Source of the DNA: an uncultured bacterium
GTDB taxonomy: Bacteria; GCA-001730085
Assembly: GCA_964565945.1 (NCBI GenBank)
Contig: CAZMGY010000032.1
Location: forward strand, 1 to 7,071
DNA: 7,071 nucleotides
Direction: 5' to 3'
Within the stretch, counting starts at the first letter, position 1. Each line of letters starts with the position of its first letter. A program made the position numbers and the translations under genes. Positions 1-6,770 of the stretch are shown here, piece by piece. The notes beneath the pieces are model-generated. The model did not search any database. It worked only from the letters and a program-made list of their open reading frames with translations, and had not been told where the DNA came from.

Positions 1-26
1 CACGTTGTTGAGAACTACGCCTAGAT

Positions 27-77
27 CTAAAGTCCTGACTCATTACTGAAGTAGTACCTCGTACTAAAGTCGTGACT
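27..77. repeat. Imperfect 14-nt direct repeat CTAAAGTC[C/G]TGACT (27-40 and 64-77), flanking a 6-bp hairpin TAGTAC-ctc-GTACTA (52-66)
   Basis: Read directly from the sequence. The two copies match at 13 of 14 positions and start 37 nt apart. The small perfect inverted repeat lies between them. No ORF of 60 aa or more covers this region. Confidence 0.5.
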
Positions 78-178
78 ACTCAAGACATTCATCGTCAGTT
101 TGGGTTCTCCATTGAGGTCATTACCATACTTCGACTTCGAAAAACAGAACTTGGAGTGCCGTGTAGGAGGGCTCCATT

Positions 179-304
179 ATGAGGACGGATGTACGCCCAT
201 GTGCTGATGCTCCATCCCAAAAAGAAACTTCTCTAAAAAATATAACTATAAACATATATTTACACATAAAAATATTGCTATATATTTTGAACATATTCGT
301 TTAA
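179..304 (+). CDS. Hypothetical 41-aa small ORF (MRTDVRPCADAPSQKETSLKNITINIYLHIKILLYILNIFV), very uncertain
   Basis: ATG at 179 is preceded by a perfect AGGAGG (165-170) with an 8-nt spacer. The stop is TAA at 302-304. The C-terminal half is hydrophobic, but it is encoded by the AT-rich promoter-like DNA, so it may be a compositional artefact. I recognise no homology. Confidence 0.15.
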   Translation: MRTDVRPCADAPSQKETSLKNITINIYLHIKILLYILNIFV

Positions 305-314
305 AATATTCGTT
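293..314. repeat. Tandem direct repeat ATATTCGTT-taaa-ATATTCGTT (13-bp period) in the AT-rich upstream region
   Basis: Perfect 9-nt copies at 293-301 and 306-314, seen directly. They lie about 90-110 nt upstream of the pilin-like start codon and are a possible regulator-binding site. Confidence 0.4.
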
Positions 315-340
315 GCGTATAACCATCCAAGCGCGATCAT

Positions 341-370
341 TTGACAAAAACTCTTATAATCAGGTAGGCT
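341..370 (+). promoter_or_regulatory. Candidate sigma70-type promoter for the pilin-like gene
   Basis: Consensus TTGACA (341-346) and consensus TATAAT (355-360) are both present but only 8 nt apart, so they cannot act as one promoter. A plausible pairing is TTGACA-N18-TAGGCT (365-370). Alternatively TATAAT acts with a poor -35. The exact architecture is unresolved. Confidence 0.35.
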
Positions 371-382
371 TTTCTATATTGA

Positions 383-392
383 GGGGGGGGGG
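383..392 (+). repeat. G10 homopolymeric tract forming the Shine-Dalgarno-like element (GAGGGGGGGGGG) of the pilin-like gene
   Basis: Ten consecutive G at 383-392, followed by a 9-nt spacer (taacggaat) and then ATG at 402. An in-frame TAA at 393-395 rules out an upstream start, so the tract is in the 5' UTR/RBS and not in the coding sequence. Confidence 0.95.
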
Positions 393-401
393 TAACGGAA
401 T

Positions 402-863
402 ATGATATCTTATACTAATAAACGCGGTTTCACATTGATTGAACTCTTAACAGCAATTGCCATCATTGGTATCTTAATTGGCTTGATTAGCCCCGCCTTG
501 CGCCTCTCCCGCAAGCGCGCCAAAACAATCGCGTGTATGAATAACCTGAAAGAAATTGGCCACATGATCAGTCTGTACGAGATTGATAAGCAGAAAGCCC
601 CGCAAAATTTCAATGATGTTAAAAACTTTTCGACCAGTAAAGGCATTCCTGCTGGAATGTTTCAGTGCCCTGTCACCGAGCAAGAGTACACATGGAGCAA
701 TAGCGCTTTTGATACCGCCAATCCATTGATCTCTCATAGTGGCAACAACCCCCACGAAACCAATATTTCACTGACTGGTTACTTGAATGTCCAGCGTGGT
801 GACTCGGCCTTTCCAGGTTCGGAAGATCCGACTGACGACACCAAAGAACCAGATGGAGACTAA
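402..863 (+). CDS. Prepilin-type N-terminal cleavage/methylation domain protein (type IV pilin / T2SS pseudopilin-like, DUF1559-like N-terminus)
   Basis: Class III signal: short basic leader MISYTNKRG, then the cleavage motif G|FTLIELL with Glu at +5, followed by the hydrophobic helix TAIAIIGILIGLISPAL. The downstream segment AKTIACMNNLKEIGHMISLY resembles the conserved xCxNNLKQIG segment of PVC-group DUF1559 pilin-like proteins. The C-terminal tail is acidic (EDPTDDTKEPDGD). Confidence 0.8.
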   Translation: MISYTNKRGFTLIELLTAIAIIGILIGLISPALRLSRKRAKTIACMNNLKEIGHMISLYEIDKQKAPQNFNDVKNFSTSKGIPAGMFQCPVTEQEYTWSNSAFDTANPLISHSGNNPHETNISLTGYLNVQRGDSAFPGSEDPTDDTKEPDGD

Positions 864-960
864 GCGGATCACCTGGAACACCCCACGCAAAACGAGTCGT
901 CATCTTAATTTTTTTTTAAATTCCCACTTTTGCTAAAATGACATACTTTGTGTCTTCATC

Positions 961-983
961 ATCCCGCGACTTGATTGCGGGAT
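961..983. terminator. Stem-loop in the convergent intergenic region between the pilin-like gene and ppx (possible bidirectional terminator)
   Basis: ATCCCGC (961-967) pairs with GCGGGAT (977-983). The stem extends by a G-U and an A-U pair to 9 bp around the 5-nt loop cttga. No clear U-tract follows on either strand. A separate T9 run (909-917) lies upstream without a good hairpin. Terminator function is therefore uncertain. Confidence 0.3.
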
Positions 984-993
984 CTATGGATTG

Positions 994-1911
994 TCATACA
1001 GTTAAAATCGAAGAACTACGTCTTAAGGCATAGGCTTCACGGATAGAGCCAGGGCAAATATGAATCACTTCTATTTGCATCGCCTGGCAAAGTTCTTGAA
1101 AAAAGATCAGCCCCAAACAGACCAAATCACGTTTATCATCGTCGAGATATTTCATATCCTTCTCGAAATAACACATCTCCTCAAGCTGGCACAAATCATC
1201 CAAATGCAAGGTCACTTGATCCAACTGCTCATAACTCAAGTTTGGATGCAACATCAAAGCCGCCACTTTAAGCGCACTCGAAGTCACCACCAAGTTCTCA
1301 ACACTCCATGGCGCATCGTCCAGAAAGCCTGCACATAAGGTTTGGCAATGTATTCGCACCATCCCTCCTTCTTGAACACTCAAACGCTCGCCCATTTGAA
1401 AAAGCTGCTTCATTTTGGCCAAGCCGTAAGGCCAACTGTCATTTTGAATCAGTTGATTCCGGTGGCTGTATATCATTTCACAGCTACCTCCACCCAGGTC
1501 GCACACCAACAAATGTTCGCTTAAATCAGGAAAAACAGAAAGCGCACTCTTATAAGCCAGCAAACCTTCATCTTCGGTGGACAGTACATCAACATCATAC
1601 CCCAGCTCGTGTTTGATTCTTGCCAAAATCTCCGTAGCATTGCTTGCTTCACGCAGAACACTGGTTCCAATGAGGTAAGTGTGACAAGTTTCGTGGCTTT
1701 GACTGACTTGTACGAGTTTGTGTAACGACTGCACAAGCTGTTCGACAGCATGCTCTGGGACAAGCTTATCATCGAGCAAATAGCACCCTAATTTTAAAAC
1801 ATAGGTCTGATGCTCTAAAGCATAGACCTTCCTTTCCAAAGAAATTTCCAAGACTTGACCGCAGACCGTATTGGAACCAATGTCAATCACGTGGAAAATG
1901 TTGCGCGACAT
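994..1911 (-). CDS. Ppx/GppA family phosphatase (short, two-domain exopolyphosphatase / pppGpp phosphohydrolase type)
   Basis: ASKHA-fold Ppx/GppA motifs are present: VIDIGSNT, GTSVLREASNA, STEDEGLLAYKSAL and CDLGGGSCE. The maximal ORF starts at TTG 1929. I prefer ATG 1911 because GAAGAGG lies 9 nt upstream of it. GTG 1890 is also possible. Confidence 0.85.
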   Translation of the reverse strand: MSRNIFHVIDIGSNTVCGQVLEISLERKVYALEHQTYVLKLGCYLLDDKLVPEHAVEQLVQSLHKLVQVSQSHETCHTYLIGTSVLREASNATEILARIKHELGYDVDVLSTEDEGLLAYKSALSVFPDLSEHLLVCDLGGGSCEMIYSHRNQLIQNDSWPYGLAKMKQLFQMGERLSVQEGGMVRIHCQTLCAGFLDDAPWSVENLVVTSSALKVAALMLHPNLSYEQLDQVTLHLDDLCQLEEMCYFEKDMKYLDDDKRDLVCLGLIFFQELCQAMQIEVIHICPGSIREAYALRRSSSILTV

Positions 1912-3202
1912 GGGCTTTGGCCTCTTCAAGAGTTTGAATTTGAGCTTCCAATTGCAAAACTTCGACGGCCTCGATAATCTCGGAAAAAACAGGCGCTGGC
2001 TGGTAACCCCAAGCCAACAATTGCTTACCAGTCACCAACAAAGGCGGACGAAGCTCCTCCTCGCTGTATGACTTTAGCTTGTCCATGCAAAACTGATAAA
2101 TCTCTAAGTCGTTGTGACTTGCCTCGCAGTCAGCCTTAAGCATAGTTAATTCTTCTCGAATCGTGGAACGCTGTAACATTTTTTTGAGCTTTCCTTCGCG
2201 CATTTGCATGGCCGCACCAAATCGCATATGCTCAGAAACATACTGAACAATCAATTTACGATCTTCGTTCGACATTCGCAAGCGTTGGCAAATATCATTG
2301 GCCATCTCGGCACCGATTTTGTCGTGTTTGTTAAAACGAATCCGATCGGTAACTGTATAGGTGGGAGGTTTACCCACATCGTGCAACAAAGCTCCAAACG
2401 CCAATGCAACCGAAGGGTCTTCGGGCAATTTATCTAGCATTAATTTGGTATGCACAAACACATCCCCTTCTGGATGAAACTCAGGGGGCTGTTTCACCCC
2501 ATCCATGGCCGCAATTGCGGGCAACACTTCGATTAACAAACCCGTTTGATGCAAAAGATCGATCGCCTGTCCACGATTCGGTCCAGTGAGCATCTTGCAA
2601 AGTTCATCGCGAATGCGCTCCATACTTACCTGATGAATCTCATGCGATGTCTGCACAATTGCATCTCGAGTTTCTGGGTCGAGAGGGAACTGAAAACGTG
2701 CCGAAAATCGCACGGCTCGCAGCATACGCAACTTGTCTTCTTCAAAGCGTTCGCTGGCTTGTCCAATTGCCTTAATTACTCCCTGGGCTAAATCTGCTTG
2801 ACCTCCCACATAATCGATAATGCAATCGTCTAGGGGATCATAGAATAATCCATTAATCGTAAAATCTCGGCGTTGGGCATCCTCTTGCGGTGTGACAAAC
2901 ATAACACCCTCAGGATGTCGCCCATCCTTATAAGATAAATCCTGACGAAAGGTGGCGACTTCAAAATGATAACTCCCCTGCACAACAATCATCACACCAA
3001 ACTTTTCTCCTACTGGAATGGTTTTATCGAACAATTTTTTGATCTCATCGGGTGTCGCACTAGTGGCAATGTCGATATCTTTGACACTTAGCCCCAAAAT
3101 ATCGTCTCGCACACAGCCCCCAGCAAAACAGGCCTCATAACCGTGTTCGACAAAACGCTGAACAATCTGTTTTGCCACCAAAAACAATGGATTGTGTTTC
3201 AA
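1883..3202 (-). CDS. cca: CCA-adding tRNA nucleotidyltransferase / poly(A) polymerase family with C-terminal HD domain
   Basis: Class II nucleotidyltransferase head motifs are present: GGCVRD...DIDIAT and RRDFTINGLFYDP. The HD signature is LLHDVGKP. The start codon is TTG (3202-3200), supported by a strong GGGAGGG placed directly after the HIT stop with about 9-nt spacing. No in-frame ATG lies near the N-terminus. Confidence 0.9.
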   Translation of the reverse strand: MKHNPLFLVAKQIVQRFVEHGYEACFAGGCVRDDILGLSVKDIDIATSATPDEIKKLFDKTIPVGEKFGVMIVVQGSYHFEVATFRQDLSYKDGRHPEGVMFVTPQEDAQRRDFTINGLFYDPLDDCIIDYVGGQADLAQGVIKAIGQASERFEEDKLRMLRAVRFSARFQFPLDPETRDAIVQTSHEIHQVSMERIRDELCKMLTGPNRGQAIDLLHQTGLLIEVLPAIAAMDGVKQPPEFHPEGDVFVHTKLMLDKLPEDPSVALAFGALLHDVGKPPTYTVTDRIRFNKHDKIGAEMANDICQRLRMSNEDRKLIVQYVSEHMRFGAAMQMREGKLKKMLQRSTIREELTMLKADCEASHNDLEIYQFCMDKLKSYSEEELRPPLLVTGKQLLAWGYQPAPVFSEIIEAVEVLQLEAQIQTLEEAKAHVAQHFPRD

Positions 3203-3217
3203 AATTAAGTCCCTCCC

Positions 3218-3565
3218 TTAGCCTGGAGGCCACATCATCGCACGACCAGCTAGCAAATGCATGTGCACATGATAAACCTCTTGTCCGCCATGATCGCGAC
3301 AATTGATCACCAAACGATATCCCTCTTCCGCAAACCCTTCTTGAGCCGCAATTTGATTGGCTTGTTCGGTCAACAAGGTCATATAGGGCTTATCGAAACG
3401 ATCCGTATCGGCTACTGTCTCCACATGCTCTTTAGGAATCAGCAAGATATGGATTGGAGCTTGAGGATTAATATCGCGAAAGGCCAAAACGTCTTCCGTT
3501 TCCGCAACCCGATCAATCGGGATATCTCCAGCAATCATTTTGCAAAACAGACAATCTTCACTCAT
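3218..3565 (-). CDS. HIT (histidine triad) family nucleotide hydrolase, HinT-like
   Basis: 115 aa with the canonical histidine triad HVHMHLL near the C-terminus and the N-terminal CLFCKI motif typical of HinT-type proteins. Confidence 0.9.
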   Translation of the reverse strand: MSEDCLFCKMIAGDIPIDRVAETEDVLAFRDINPQAPIHILLIPKEHVETVADTDRFDKPYMTLLTEQANQIAAQEGFAEEGYRLVINCRDHGGQEVYHVHMHLLAGRAMMWPPG

Positions 3566-4058
3566 GCCTTGGCTTGGCTCCCTTTATTTTGTTATGAAGA
3601 GCCTTTACCACATTCAGTGGAACAAAAGCGCTAATATCTCCCTCCAATCGGCAAATTTCTTTAATCATGCGTGAGCTCACATAGGAATAAGCTTCGTCGG
3701 GCATAAGGAAAATAGTATCGACATTTTTGCTGATTTTTCGATTGGTCAGTGCCATTTGAAATTCATATTCAAAGTCCGAAATGGTGCGAATCCCGCGCAC
3801 AATCACCGGAATGTTTTTGCTATGGGCGTAGTCCACCAGTAAGCCCGAGAAGGATTCAATTTTCACATGATCTTGACTATCCAAACAATCCGCTATCAAC
3901 TGTATTCTTTTTTCCACAGAAAACAAAGGTTCCTTAGGGCCTCCCTGAGCTACGGCAATGTACACCTGCTCAAACATCGACTGGCATCGCTGAATAAGAT
4001 CCAAGTGCCCATAGGTTACTGGATCAAACGTTCCAGGATAAATCACTTGTGTTGTCAT
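3558..4058 (-). CDS. coaD: Phosphopantetheine adenylyltransferase
   Basis: The N-terminal YPGTFDPVTYGHLDLIQR (T/HxGH nucleotidyltransferase motif), the 166-aa length and the overall pattern are typical of CoaD. Its stop overlaps the HIT start by 8 nt (ATGAGTGA). Confidence 0.95.
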   Translation of the reverse strand: MTTQVIYPGTFDPVTYGHLDLIQRCQSMFEQVYIAVAQGGPKEPLFSVEKRIQLIADCLDSQDHVKIESFSGLLVDYAHSKNIPVIVRGIRTISDFEYEFQMALTNRKISKNVDTIFLMPDEAYSYVSSRMIKEICRLEGDISAFVPLNVVKALHNKIKGAKPRHE

Positions 4059-4618
4059 AGATCTTTATCCTCATTGTTATGATAATAAAAGTTCACACTT
4101 GTTTGCCCATACTCTTTCTGAATCACGTCCTCTAGCTGCGCAGGGCAAATCAGTTTTTGTTTAACATCGTGTTCAATAACCACCATCCCTTTGGAAACCA
4201 CAATACCATTATCCATCATCCTCTGCAAGAGATCCTCGGGACACAAATGATACGGAGGATCGGCAAAGATGAGATCGAAGGACTGTTCTAAACGTCCCAA
4301 GCACTTGATTTGATCCAGTGTATCGCCAAATATCAGCTGGCAGTTTGATTCTATTTTGCAATGGCGAAGGTTCTGATTCAAACGGCGCACCACGGCGGGA
4401 TGTTTTTCGACAAAAACAATATGTTTAGCCCCACGACTGAGCGCTTCAACGCCAAGACTTCCCGAACCCGCATAAAGATCCAAAACTCGCGCATTCTTCA
4501 CCTGTTCATGCAAAACGCTAAAAATGGCCTCACGTACCCGATCGCTCGTAGGACGCACCTCTTTGCCATCTGGCGCCTGTAATTTTCGCCCTTTGAGATA
4601 TCCAGCTATAATTCGCAT
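4055..4618 (-). CDS. rsmD: 16S rRNA (guanine966-N2)-methyltransferase
   Basis: MRIIAGYLKGRKL...RPTSDRVREAIFSVL at the N-terminus, SAM motif I DLYAGSGSLGVEALSRGA and catalytic FADPPY. There is a 4-nt ATGA overlap with coaD. The rsmD-coaD adjacency is widely conserved. Confidence 0.9.
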   Translation of the reverse strand: MRIIAGYLKGRKLQAPDGKEVRPTSDRVREAIFSVLHEQVKNARVLDLYAGSGSLGVEALSRGAKHIVFVEKHPAVVRRLNQNLRHCKIESNCQLIFGDTLDQIKCLGRLEQSFDLIFADPPYHLCPEDLLQRMMDNGIVVSKGMVVIEHDVKQKLICPAQLEDVIQKEYGQTSVNFYYHNNEDKDL

Positions 4619-6699
4619 TAGGCTATCCCCGCAATATCGATTTTATGACCATAGCGTTCATAAACCATGCGCAATAATTGAGCCCTCGCCACTAAATGTT
4701 GCTGATCACCAAATAATTCCAAAGTATCCTGGCACGCCTGCTCCATCAGTTTAAAATCCGAAAGCAAACTCCCTAATCTTAATTCGGGCAAACCGCTCTG
4801 TCTAAAACCAAAAAACTCTCCTGGTCCACGAATCTGCAAATCAGCTTCGGCAATTTTAAAACCATCATTGGTGTCGCACATCACTTTCATACGTTCGCGA
4901 GACTCGGGGCTTTTGGCTGCCCCAATCAAAATGCAATACGACTGGTGCTCCCCACGACCCACACGCCCACGCAACTGATGCAATTGTGCTAAACCAAACC
5001 GCGAGGCATCTTCGATCAGCATTACTGTGGCATTAGGCACATTGATCCCTACTTCAATCACGGTTGTCGACACCAAAATGTCTAAGTCCCCTTGTTTAAA
5101 CAATGTCATTGTCTGTTCTTTTTCCGCCGCTTTCATCCGTCCATGCAGCATGCCTAAACGGAAGTCGGTAAAAACATCTTGGCACAAATGCTCATAACGT
5201 TCTTCGACGGCTTTCAAATCTAGTTTTTCCGAGATCTCGACCAAAGGATAAACAAAATAAACCTGTCGCCCCTCAATAATTTCTTTGCGTACAAAGTCAT
5301 AAAGACCCTCGCGCTTAGCCTCGGTCACAAAAAAGGTTTTGATCGGCTTGCGCCCCATCGGCAATTGATCAATGATCGACACATCCAACTCCCCATACAC
5401 CGTCATCGACAAAGTGCGTGGAATTGGGGTGGCTGTCATCACTAGGATATGTGGATTAAGGCCTTTCTTTTGCATCTGAGAACGTTGCATCACCCCGAAT
5501 TTGTGCTGTTCATCAATGATCACCAAACCTAATTGATTAAAGTTCACATCATCTTGAATCAAGGCATGGGTACCCACCACCGCATGGATTTCTCCACTTT
5601 GCAAACATTGTAAGATGGCCTCGTGCTTCCTTTTTTTGGTGCTTCCAACAAGCAGATCAGCCTGCACCTGAAACACATCCAAAAACTCCATAAGAACAGC
5701 AAAATGTTGGGTCGCTAAAATTTCGGTCGGCGCCATAAAGGCTACTTGATAACCATTTTGAATCGCCAACATCATGGCGTACACAGCCACAATTGTTTTG
5801 CCCGAACCTACGTCTCCTTGCAGCAAGCGCATCATCACCCGTGAGCTTTGCATATCGGCACGAATCTCTTGCATCACCTTGCGTTGAGCTTTGGTTAATT
5901 CAAAAGGCAATTGCTCATCGAAATGTTTCACAAGCCCATCAGTATCCATGCACAAAAGTCCGTTCTCTTTTTCTCCTTGAGTCCGATTTTTTTTATCAAT
6001 CAAAGCCACCTGAAACACAAAAAACTCTTCATAGATAAGACGCCTCCTGGCCTGCTCCATATGATCACTGTCTTTAGGGAAATGAATTTCGCGCAGAGCC
6101 ATACAACGCTCCATCAACCCATGCCGTTCCATAAGTATTTGCGGCAGAATTTCTACCACCTGAGACAAGGTTTGATCAATTACATGCTTGATCATCCGGC
6201 GCAATTGACGTTGCGTTAAACCTTCGGTTAAGGGATAGAGGGGGACAATCCGTCCCGTATTTAAGCGATTTTCCTCCAAATCTTCCGACAATTTTTCGTA
6301 AACCACCTGAGTCATCTGCAAGCCATATTTGTACTGAACTTTACCCGTAAATAGATAGCGTTCGCCAACTTTAAAGTGTTTTTTCAAAAAACGTTGATTA
6401 AAAAAAGGAATCGCAACGCGCCCTGTCCCGTCAGAAACCACCAAAGTTAAAATAAAAAGTTTTTTACGAACCACTCGCTCTTGAATCGATTCGATCGTTG
6501 CCTCAATGCTTTGTTCGCCATCGTTGACAAGCTGATCGATCGTAATCATTTTTCGTCGATCTTGATAATCACGTGGAAAATAAAACAGAAGATCGACCAT
6601 TCGTCGTATCCCCAACTTTTCCAAAAGCGACAAGCGACGTGGTCCCACACCTTTTAAATATTGCACACTGTCGTTCAACTGAAACGTCCCAGTCCCCAT
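4618..6699 (-). CDS. recG: ATP-dependent DNA helicase RecG
   Basis: 693 aa. The N-terminal wedge region has LKGVGPRR...LGI...DLLFYFPRDYQDRR. Helicase motifs are GDVGSGKT (I), DEQHKFG (II), TATPIPRT (III) and QLRGRVGRG (VI), plus the TRG-type motif RGPGEFFGFRQSG. Its TAA stop shares one nt with the rsmD ATG (TAATG). Confidence 0.95.
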   Translation of the reverse strand: MGTGTFQLNDSVQYLKGVGPRRLSLLEKLGIRRMVDLLFYFPRDYQDRRKMITIDQLVNDGEQSIEATIESIQERVVRKKLFILTLVVSDGTGRVAIPFFNQRFLKKHFKVGERYLFTGKVQYKYGLQMTQVVYEKLSEDLEENRLNTGRIVPLYPLTEGLTQRQLRRMIKHVIDQTLSQVVEILPQILMERHGLMERCMALREIHFPKDSDHMEQARRRLIYEEFFVFQVALIDKKNRTQGEKENGLLCMDTDGLVKHFDEQLPFELTKAQRKVMQEIRADMQSSRVMMRLLQGDVGSGKTIVAVYAMMLAIQNGYQVAFMAPTEILATQHFAVLMEFLDVFQVQADLLVGSTKKRKHEAILQCLQSGEIHAVVGTHALIQDDVNFNQLGLVIIDEQHKFGVMQRSQMQKKGLNPHILVMTATPIPRTLSMTVYGELDVSIIDQLPMGRKPIKTFFVTEAKREGLYDFVRKEIIEGRQVYFVYPLVEISEKLDLKAVEERYEHLCQDVFTDFRLGMLHGRMKAAEKEQTMTLFKQGDLDILVSTTVIEVGINVPNATVMLIEDASRFGLAQLHQLRGRVGRGEHQSYCILIGAAKSPESRERMKVMCDTNDGFKIAEADLQIRGPGEFFGFRQSGLPELRLGSLLSDFKLMEQACQDTLELFGDQQHLVARAQLLRMVYERYGHKIDIAGIA

Positions 6700-6734
6700 A
6701 AACTTTCACTCAATTAGATTCAAAAGAAAAAATA

Positions 6735-6762
6735 TTGCATTATTTTGTTTTTTTGCTAGAAT
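6735..6762 (+). promoter_or_regulatory. Candidate rpmB promoter with an extended -10 element
   Basis: TTGCAT (6735-6740), a 16-nt spacer, then TGcTAGAAT (TG at 6754-6755, hexamer 6757-6762). This predicts a transcription start near 6769 and a leader of about 78 nt. Confidence 0.5.
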
Positions 6763-6770
6763 ACTCTTTT

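Noticed and set aside
1-46. Possible gene ends or starts at the left edge: plus-strand frames stopping at 22-24 or 44-46, and a minus-strand ATG at 43 reading MSQDFRSRRSSQQR... off the window
   Set aside because: Only 7-15 codons are visible and there is no convincing RBS (GAGG lies 13 nt upstream of the minus-strand ATG). That is too little sequence to call any of them.
341-360. Perfect consensus -35 (TTGACA) and perfect consensus -10 (TATAAT) hexamers close together
   Set aside because: They are separated by only 8 nt, against the required 17 +/- 1, so they cannot form one sigma70 promoter. Each may belong to a different weaker promoter, but I cannot tell which from sequence alone.
383-392. 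G10 tract as a G-quadruplex former
   Set aside because: A single run of 10 G cannot supply four G-runs plus three loops for an intramolecular quadruplex. Slippage or RBS function is the more economical reading.
796-807. RGDS tetrapeptide (VQRGDSAF) in the pilin-like protein, identical to the fibronectin integrin-binding motif
   Set aside because: A 3-4 residue motif occurs by chance very often, and nothing in the window indicates a host-associated lifestyle. It is not evidence of adhesin function.
410-903. Minus-strand ORFs 410-646, 474-755 and 673-903 opposite the pilin-like gene
   Set aside because: The plus-strand frame carries an unmistakable prepilin N-terminal motif directly after an RBS-like element. 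The antisense ORFs have no supporting signals.
909-917. T9 run after the pilin-like gene as an intrinsic terminator U-tract
   Set aside because: No stable GC-rich hairpin immediately precedes it. Only a 3-4 bp ACGA/TCGT palindrome with an impossible loop is present, so it does not meet the intrinsic-terminator pattern.
1060-3634. Multiple plus-strand ORFs of 60-125 aa (for example 1060-1338, 1308-1616, 2204-2437, 2546-2791, 3257-3634) and the minus-strand ORF 1521-1772
   Set aside because: All lie inside or antisense to the strongly supported ppx, cca, HIT and coaD genes. They have low-complexity, motif-free translations typical of antisense or alternative-frame shadow ORFs.
3749-6219. Plus-strand ORFs 3749-3937, 3867-4082, 4361-4582, 4524-4754, 5793-6038 and 5911-6219
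   Set aside because: They are antisense to coaD, rsmD and recG, have no recognisable domains and are best explained as shadow ORFs.
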